DNA of 60,768 bases, counting the filler, from Dugesia japonica (Eukaryota), in NCBI GenBank assembly GCA_001938525.1. It is 6 parts of 6 records of this genome, joined end to end, with 100 filler letters (N's around TTAATTAATTAA, not from the genome) between each part and the next. Parts side by side here need not be neighbours in the genome. Positions count along the whole stretch, not along the records: positions 52,322 to 60,768 come from MQRL01540484.1; 5 more parts are not named here. One strand, written 5' to 3'. The notes under the pieces were generated by a model. It saw nothing but the letters and a program-made list of their open reading frames with translations. It was not told where the DNA came from and did no database searches. Below are positions 52,680-60,768 of this stretch, in pieces. The position numbers and the translations under genes are program-made. Each line of letters opens with the position of its first letter. Position 1 is the first letter of the stretch.

Positions 52680-54125
52680 TTTAAAATAAAAGCTTCGATC
52701 ATAAATTTGTTTTTATTGTTTATTTGACATGTAATCTATTTTTCGACTTTGTCTTCGTCAAGAATTGCCTTTTTTAATTTATTCAAGATTTATATTTATA
52801 ATAGTAATAATTTTTGAATTAATTTATTTTTATTAAATTTTCATTGGTTAATTTTTATTCTTATTTTATATTTAATTATTTAATTTAATTTTGTAAATTA
52901 TATTTATTTTAGGATTGTTTTCTTTGATTAAGATTTCTTCATGTATTTTTCTATGTAGTGTAGAAATGTAGCCTGTTCCTAGTGTTTACCATGCAATGTG
53001 ATGTTCTGGTGAAATTCTATGTTTGTGTTGAAAATGTTTGATGACTTCACTTTCTTTTTGTTTCAAATATTCTTTAATTCTTGTTCGGATGGTTCTGCAT
53101 GTTTCACCTGTATATATTTCTTTACAAATCGTGCATGTTATTTTGTAAGTGATATTTTCTTATTGCATATATTTCAACCATCAAACAAATGCATTTGGAA
53201 CCACAAAAAATTTGTCTTGGTTTCTGTATTTGGATAAAGTATGATTTTTCTCCAATTCTAGCGATAATTTTCATGAACTTCATTGAAAATCAAATAATTC
53301 TTAAATCAAACAAGAAACTTCTAGGATCACAAGGAAAATTCTAGAATTAGCCAAGTGTAATAATGATAACATTAAATTCACTTTAGAGAAATCAATTGAC
53401 TTTTAGTTTCCTTTTCTTGACACTTTGATCGAAAAGAAACCATTTTTACAGTGGACATATATTATCTTGGAGTAGTAATACTACCAACTGCCAAAAAATT
53501 GGTATAATTAAAGGTGAAAGAATTCGAGCTAAGATACTATCTTCAAATGAAGAAATGAAATTGATCTCTCTCAAGTTGATAAAAAATAAATTTTTAAATA
53601 GTGGTTATCCAAATAAAATTATATCGAAATATTTATTTTTAAATGCAAAACAAAATAAAATCAAACCGAAAACAAACACAGTTATTAAATTACCTTTTAT
53701 TAATGAGAAATGAGTTAAGAAACATTTAAAACAAAAAGAAAGTGAAGTATTCAAACATTTTCAACACAAACATAGAATTTCACCAGAACAACATCACATT
53801 ACATGGAAAACACTAGGAACAAGCTACATTTCTACACTACATAGAAAAGAACATGAAGAAATACTAATCAAAGAAAACAATCCTAAAATATATATAATTT
53901 ACAATAATTAAATTAAATAATTAAATATAAAATAATAATTAAAAGTAAACAATTAAAATTTATTAAAAATAAATTAATTCAAAAATTATTACTATTATAA
54001 ACATATAATAATTATAATCTTGAATAAATTAAATAAGACAATTCCTGACGAAGACAAATTCGAAAAATCGATTCAATCTGAAATAAACAATAAAAAATTT
54101 TTTGATCGAAGCTTTTATTTTATTT
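52680..54125. mobile_element. Penelope-like element with inverted termini, each carrying a degenerate hammerhead motif
   Basis: About 52680-53070 is inverted at about 53720-54125. Minus strand: TYKITCTICKEIYTGETCRTIRTRIKEY (GIY-YIG). Plus strand: FPFLD...GERIRAK...FLNSGYP (RT thumb). Hammerhead motifs at about 52741-52761 (-) and 54045-54065 (+). Confidence 0.85.
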
Positions 54126-55950
54126 AAAAATTATATATATATATATATATTAATTATATTTAAAATCTTTAAAAATAACACAATTTAAACTGTATAATTA
54201 AAACGAATTGGTTATTTTACTAATATTTTATTGATTTCCTTGAGTAAATAATTATCATAAAGTGCTATTCAATTACCAATGAACAATTAAACCTTTAGCC
54301 AATTAATTCAGAAATAATTTTTATTTATTCAAAGTACTTCTCATATTGTTCAAATAAATTTAATCGAATAAATCTAATTTTATTTACTTATATTTTCTAT
54401 GAAGGAATTTAGTAAGATTTTATAATCTGTAAAATAAATTGAGAGTAAATTTTACAATTATTATAAGATTTAATACAAATCGACTATTAAAAAACTATTA
54501 AAATTATATCGTTGATAATAATTATCACTAATAATTATCGAGAGAGATTATACTGAAAACAGTTGACCTTATATTCGTAAATATAGGGTGTATTAAGAGA
54601 GTAAACTATTCAATTAATTTTGGATGTTACATAAAATTTTTTATAAATAATTGGAAGATGAATTTCTCTGATTACATAAATGAATAACTATGATGATGAC
54701 TCATAAGAGCCGATAAATGTCTCTATGAGAAATGAGGTGAGTCCACCGGGAGAAGGTAAGGTCCTCAATATTCTGAAATCTTACTAGTAGACATGACACT
54801 ATGTATCTGATTTATGATGAGAAGTAGTTACACGGTATAATTGAGGATCTCTTGATCTAGTACTCAGTTCCTTTTTGTTGTACCACTAGGTAAACTATCA
54901 AATCTGAGTAGGCCTTGGATTGATTACCGATCGTATATGATTTGCGGTTGTTTCCTTAGTGGAGTTTCTTAGCTGAAAGCTCACTTTGGTCAAATCATTT
55001 TACGGGAAGATAGATGCAACAGTCTTGAACAATAGGTTTAAGCATTAAACTTTATGCGGTAAAATCAAGTAGTGACAGATAGATCGTCATTTGGTCATCA
55101 TAGAATTTTCGGTTTAATTCTTAGTGTGATTTCTGAACTCTCTTTGGTCAGATTTTATGATGACATCATCGTTCACTTATACATTTTCTTTAACCGAAAC
55201 TTTAAAAAGCTATCTAAAACTGGGCCAATGCTGGACATTGAAGTCTTTCGAGAATGATAAAGAACACTCCTTAAAAAGGAGTGTGATTTAACTTTGATAG
55301 AATCTGAAAGGTCGCATCTCTGATATGTAATACTTACAAACGTCAATTGAAACTCTGATTAAGAGAATGTTGAACTTGAGTGTGTGGATGGATTGAGGAT
55401 AGAGTTTTTAGCTACCAACCAACAGATTTTTGATGTACCTTAAAATCTTCATAAAAATAGTTTACTTTGTCAAAATCCTCATTAAATTTTAGGCTGGACA
55501 AAAGCTCAAATGACAATTAGTAGATTTTGATACAGAACAGGTTCCAGTTATCTAAAATGTACGGGGCTTTATCTGCTTGCAATGATTTGCCTTTGTCTTG
55601 TTAATAGTGACTACACCTCTAATGTTAGTTAGGTTGCCATGCCTGAATTTTAGTTTTGTTATAAGCAAAATAAATTATTTATTCAGCAATAATTTCAAAA
55701 TAACAAAATAATCTATGAATGTTGACTATCTTGTTTATTTCGCAGCAAAATTATCAAATAATCTTAATTATAAATAAAGTTGTTTATTTAATCTAAATTG
55801 TGAATTTTCTTGTGACATGTTTTCAAAACGATCGTATCAAACAAATGGTTTGGATCATGGTCCATTTGTTTGTGGTTATGTAATTAATATTAGTGAGAAT
55901 ATTGATGTCAACTACAATTGATGCTTTAAAATTAGACACGATGTTATTAA

Positions 55951-56181
55951 CCCTTTGCTGTATAATTTAACATATATGGAACAAACATATTATTTATAAA
56001 TTAGACAGGAAAATGAACAAAATACTTACAGTTTTTATTATAATCACTTTCTTTAGGACATATAAATCATAAATAACTTTTTTGGCCATTCATGCAAGAA
56101 ATTTAGTTTGTTTTAGGTTTAATTGATTTTTGTGAATAATTTAGTATTTGTGCCACATATGACCCACCATGTGGTAATGGG
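55951..56181. mobile_element. piggyBac-like MITE
   Basis: TTAA|CCCTTTGC ... GTAATGGG|TTAC; subterminal inverted CATATATGGAACAAA / TTTGTGCCACATATG. Confidence 0.55.
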
Positions 56182-56869
56182 TTACCATTCTTTAGTTTGA
56201 TAAAATAACTTTAAACAAAGATTATGGAGACACAGACTACTCCGACATTAAAGAAAATTTTTATATATCCAGATTTATTAGTGAAAACTGTTTAAATAAT
56301 AAATCAGTTCTTGTTTTACAAACCAATACAATTTATAATCAAATACAAAATCACAGAAATTTTGTGATTGACAATATTCATTTCAAACTTTTCAAATCTA
56401 TAGAATATGTCATTTGTTGCTTTCAGCTAGATAATCTGAATGATTTTTATTTATTCAAGTAAAAATATGCATAGCTATCTTTGTTATATATTTAATTTCA
56501 AAACACCGCAATACATTATCGAATGTTGCAACGAATTAAATAAATATTTAAATCTTTCCTTTCTTGACAAAAATATATACTTATATAATAATGACAATGT
56601 ATTTCGAAAAATATATTATCGAATTGATTTGAAAAATGATATAGTATATTTATTCAATATATTATCAACTATATCTATAATAAATCTAATAATGAAATCA
56701 CTATATATAACAGTATTGTTAGTTGGGTTTTGAAAACTCATCGAATCATTAACATCAGAATTCAAATTCATTACAACGATTTATTAATATAAAAAAACTA
56801 TGACATAATTAGTTAATTAAACAAACAAATTTAAAAATTCATATTCAAAGACGGAAAAATCAAATATAT

Positions 56870-57310
56870 AATTTTACATTTTATTATATTTAAATTATAT
56901 TTGATTTTAAAAAAATATATTAAATAAACATCTTTTATTCATNNNNNNNNNNNNNNNNNNNNNNNNNNNNNNNNNNNNNNNNNNNNNNNNNNTTTACATT
57001 TTATTATATTTAAATTATATTTGATTTTAAAAAAATATATTAAATAAACATCTTTTATTCATTTCAATTTATTTTTTATTCTTTTTAAATTATATTTAAT
57101 TTTAAAAAAATACGTTACAATATAAATTTAATTTTATATTTTATTCTTTTTAAAATATATTTGATTTATATGATTTTAAAAATATATATGATTTAAAAAA
57201 ATACATTACAATAGAAATTTAATTTAATATTTTATTATATTTAAATTATATTTGATTTTAAAAAAATATATTAAAAAAAATCATTTATTCATTTCATTTT
57301 ATATTTTAAA
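56870..57310. repeat. AT-rich tandem repeat, about 60-70 bp unit
   Basis: TTTTATTATATTTAAATTATATTTGATTTTAAAAAAA recurs; one copy spans a gap. Confidence 0.6.
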
Positions 57311-57971
57311 AAATCCGTAAATTTTAGTTATTTATGTTAAAGTTTATTTTCTTGATATAATTTTAAATATACTTTTGATTTTACTAAATTCCGTTTTTAA
57401 AGATAAAAAAGTTTAAATCTGTTCTTTTAAAAAACTATATTATAAAGTATTAATAATCCTATTTAAAATTTTAACAATAAAACCCGTTATAAAATAGATT
57501 ATATAGTTAAATTCAATAGCAAAATTAAAAGCAATGTTTATAATACCTTTTTTGATCATCTTAAATTACCACAGAACAATTTGTTTCTAGATAATAACAT
57601 TACAACTGCTATTATTCATGAATGCCGGAAATATCTAAATAGCTTTCTTAATGTTAATAGACTCAGTTTAGCTTCAATTATATTTGCTATTTTTACTACA
57701 AACTTTTGAGAACTTCTTCTTATCATTGATATTGAATGTGGTGAACATTACATGTTTCACCCAACTTGTTCAGATTTGAATAAAGATCAAATTAAAATTG
57801 GAAACCTTTTAGTAGATGAAAAATTCAAATGTGCTGGTAGATTTAATCATGCTTCTCAATTTAAATCTTGTCCTTATGATACAAAGAGTTGAGAGTTACC
57901 ATCTAAGCCTTAGATTTGTACTTATATACTTAATTATGCTAATGATTGAACGTTGACTGATTTGAACCTTT

Positions 57972-59455
57972 ATGAAACATGTGATATTATCTCAAAATTG
58001 TTATTTTTATAAACACATCATTCGTATAAAATTAAAACTGATCCAAGAGCAAATATTATTATCAAAGAAAAGGTCTATCTTAAAAGAAAGAATTGCAACT
58101 TGTAGTACTTTAATAGAGGAATTTAGCGAGAGTGTTTCTCATCAAATAATAAATACCATTATTTTAAAGTGTTCGATTGTTCTTGTTAAAAAACGTCTTC
58201 CTTATTTAGAAACAAAAAGCACAAAATCAACTCCATCAAAAGAACAACTTAGAAGTAATTTTAATATTGATATGAAAAGACCTTTTGATAATATAATTCA
58301 TGAAAATGAGATTACCATTAGACCTTCTATTTCTGATATAAGAGATTATTTTTCTCATGAAAACATTGAACTTCATTTCAACTTGAAAGTTTTAAATTTT
58401 GCTAAAAAAGTTGATTGTATCCTTGTTCTTGATGAAATTACTCCAGCTGAAGTTATTAATGTTATTAAACTTGTTGATAATACTTCACCTAGCTACAAAG
58501 ATCTTGCCTTATTAGATTCTGAAGGTAAACTTTTAAGTCTTCTCTATAATAGAATTATTGCTACCAATCAATTTCCTGATTCATGGAAATCATTTAAAAC
58601 TACTTTTATTCCTAAACCAAATGGTCAATATCATCTAATTTCTTCTTGGAGACCAATATCCTTAATTGATATCAGTTTTAAACTTTTTTTCATCCATTTT
58701 AAATGCTAGAATTAGTCAATGGGTTGAGATGAATAATCTTTTACATAGAGGTCAGAAAGATAATTGAAAATTTCAAGGCTGTGTTGAGCACAATAGTGTG
58801 CTAACTCCTTCTCTTAAATATTGTAAATATACAAAGAATCGTTAGCTTTCAATTGTTTGGTTAGACATTTAGAATGCTTTTGCAGTGTTACTCACAATTA
58901 AATTTGGTATTCATTAAACTACCTGGAGATTAATAACTCTTTTGTTAGCTTATTGAAACTTTTATATAAAGATTCATCTTAAAGATTCATTTTATACTGG
59001 TGGTTCAAATACAACTGAAAGAATAAAACTTTGCAAAGGAGTTAGACAAGGCAATGATCCTATTTTCAAATGCTATTAATTTTTACTTGAATAAGTGAAT
59101 TCTTTAGGTGTTGAATATTTTTTGATTGATAACGAAGTAGTTCAAATCTAAGCTTATACTAATATTGCTTTGATAGCAAATAATTTTTAAGATTTTATAA
59201 GTTTGATTAATTAAGCTTGTGTTACATCTGGGCAGATTAAGATGTAATTTAAACCTGAAAAGTGTGCTTTTTATTAATATTACTCAGAAAAAAGAGCAAT
59301 GTGTTATTAAAGTTTATGGCGACAAAATTAAACAAATTTTAAATGTAGATTTTTATAACTATTTAGGGGTACCCGTTGAAATAGACTATGATCAATCTCC
59401 ATATGAAATGTTAAATAAAATAACCTCTAATTTTGATAGAATCACAAAATTAAAA
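57972..59455 (+). pseudogene. Non-LTR (R2/NeSL-like) retrotransposon RT pseudogene
   Basis: FPDSWK..TFIPKP..SSWRPISL, QGCVEHN, VWLDI*NAF, KGVRQG, YNYLGVP. Confidence 0.85.
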
Positions 59456-60680
59456 CTTCTTCATGATTTGGGCATCTGCCTTGATGTCGTTAAATGAGCC
59501 AATAGAACTGTTGAAAGATAATGATATGTACACCTTTTTTGAAGGTGGAATAAGAGCTGGTTTAACTTTTGTTAATAAAAATTATGTGGAGACTGATGAA
59601 AACACTGAGCTCCTATACATTGACATTAACAATCTTTATGGATGGCTTCCTTATAAAAATTTGAATGGGTCTATTCTGGGTTTGATAAAATTTTAGAAGA
59701 ATGTGAGAAATCTGACTGGACTCATTGTCATATGGATATTTATTAGAAGTTGACATAATTATTCACGAGAAAATTCAAGAGCGAATAAATGATTTCCCAG
59801 TTGCGGCAAAGCATCAATGCGCTCCTGGAAGTAACGTTAAGAAATTTATGTTAACTCATTATCCAAAGAAGAACTACATTATTCATTGGAGGATGTTAGA
59901 AATGTATATCCAGTTAAGTGTGGAGGTAACAAAGGTACACAGAGGTGTTAAATCTGTACAGGCATCGATTTTCGAGAATTATATTAACGTCAATACAAAT
60001 TTGAGATCGAAATGTGAAACAGAGTTGGAGAAAAATTTCTACAAGTTATTAAACATCAAAAGCTGGACTTAAAAGATCAATAAAAATCGACAAAGACTTA
60101 ATAGCTATTTGTTGAATAAAAAAGTGGTTTGCTTAGATCGACCAAGTTTTATTGGACAAACGATTCTTGATTTAAGTAAACTATAAAAGAAAATTGTCAA
60201 ATATCTACAGTTTCTGGTGACACTGACAGCTTTTTCCTTGAAGTTAAAAATATTAAGTTAGAAAAACTAACTGGATTAATGGTTGAAGTTGTTAGATACT
60301 TCAAATTATGAAAAAAGTCATCTTCTATTCAATGATTATTTAAATTTGGTTATTGGAAAATTTAAAGAGAAAGTGAAGGCCACAAATATATAGAATGGAC
60401 TTTCTTGAGACCGAAATGTCATAGTCTTCTAAGTGAAAAAGTTTTGATAAAGGCTAAAGGTATTACTTTAAAAAACACTGGTCTCACTCATCAATCGTAT
60501 ATTGAATGTTATGAAGAAGATACATCAGTTTTAGTGGATCAATTTATGATAGCATCAAAAGAACATCAATTATATAATATAAAATGTAGGAAAATGGCTT
60601 TATCAAACAAAGATGATAAAAGAATATGGACTGACAAAAATTTAAGTTATCCATACGGATATAACAAATTATCCAAAAAT
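59456..60680 (+). pseudogene. Polinton/Maverick-type protein-primed DNA polymerase B, polymerase domain
   Basis: FEGGIRAG, LLYIDINNLYG, GYLLEVD, FYKLLN, FIGQTILDLSK, GDTDSF, IGKFK, LRPK, KAKGI, ALSNKDDKR, SYPYGY; many lesions. Confidence 0.9.
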
Positions 60681-60768
60681 CTTGTTTCTGAATATGATGA
60701 AGACAATAGTTACAGTATAAACACAAAAGAAAATTCAGAAAAACAGATATTTTGTTAAATACATCTTG

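Noticed and set aside
59456-60680. PolB as part of the same Polinton copy as 32848-36400
   Set aside because: They lie on different scaffolds separated by artificial spacers, so linkage cannot be claimed.

Overview
This is very AT-rich eukaryotic genomic DNA. The 43-71 nt GT-AG introns and an 18S rRNA fragment suggest an invertebrate, tentatively a triclad flatworm (inference). The window is not one locus: five identical 100-bp spacers (44 N + TTAATTAATTAA + 44 N) join six independent scaffolds (1-11633, 11734-21267, 21368-32747, 32848-43073, 43174-52221, 52322-60768). Host genes rebuilt by hand from splice sites: a complete 2-exon S1 serine protease (31832-32691), a complete 4-exon GINS3/PSF3 (43835-45357, minus) and a partial gene of unknown function with at least 7 exons (51-4036, minus). 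Most of the rest is decayed mobile DNA: Ty3/Gypsy, R2/NeSL-like non-LTR, Penelope-like elements with minimal hammerhead ribozymes, Tigger/pogo, mariner, hAT, piggyBac- and Harbinger-like MITEs, and Polinton/Maverick pieces. The best candidate for something new is on scaffold 4. There a Polinton/Maverick module (packaging ATPase, small core-like protein, integrase, minor capsid) sits head-to-head with a divergent TATA-binding-protein-like gene. That gene is followed by small genes (two with introns), two of which share a duplicated TATA-containing promoter module. All protein family calls come from motif recognition by eye; no database searches were run.
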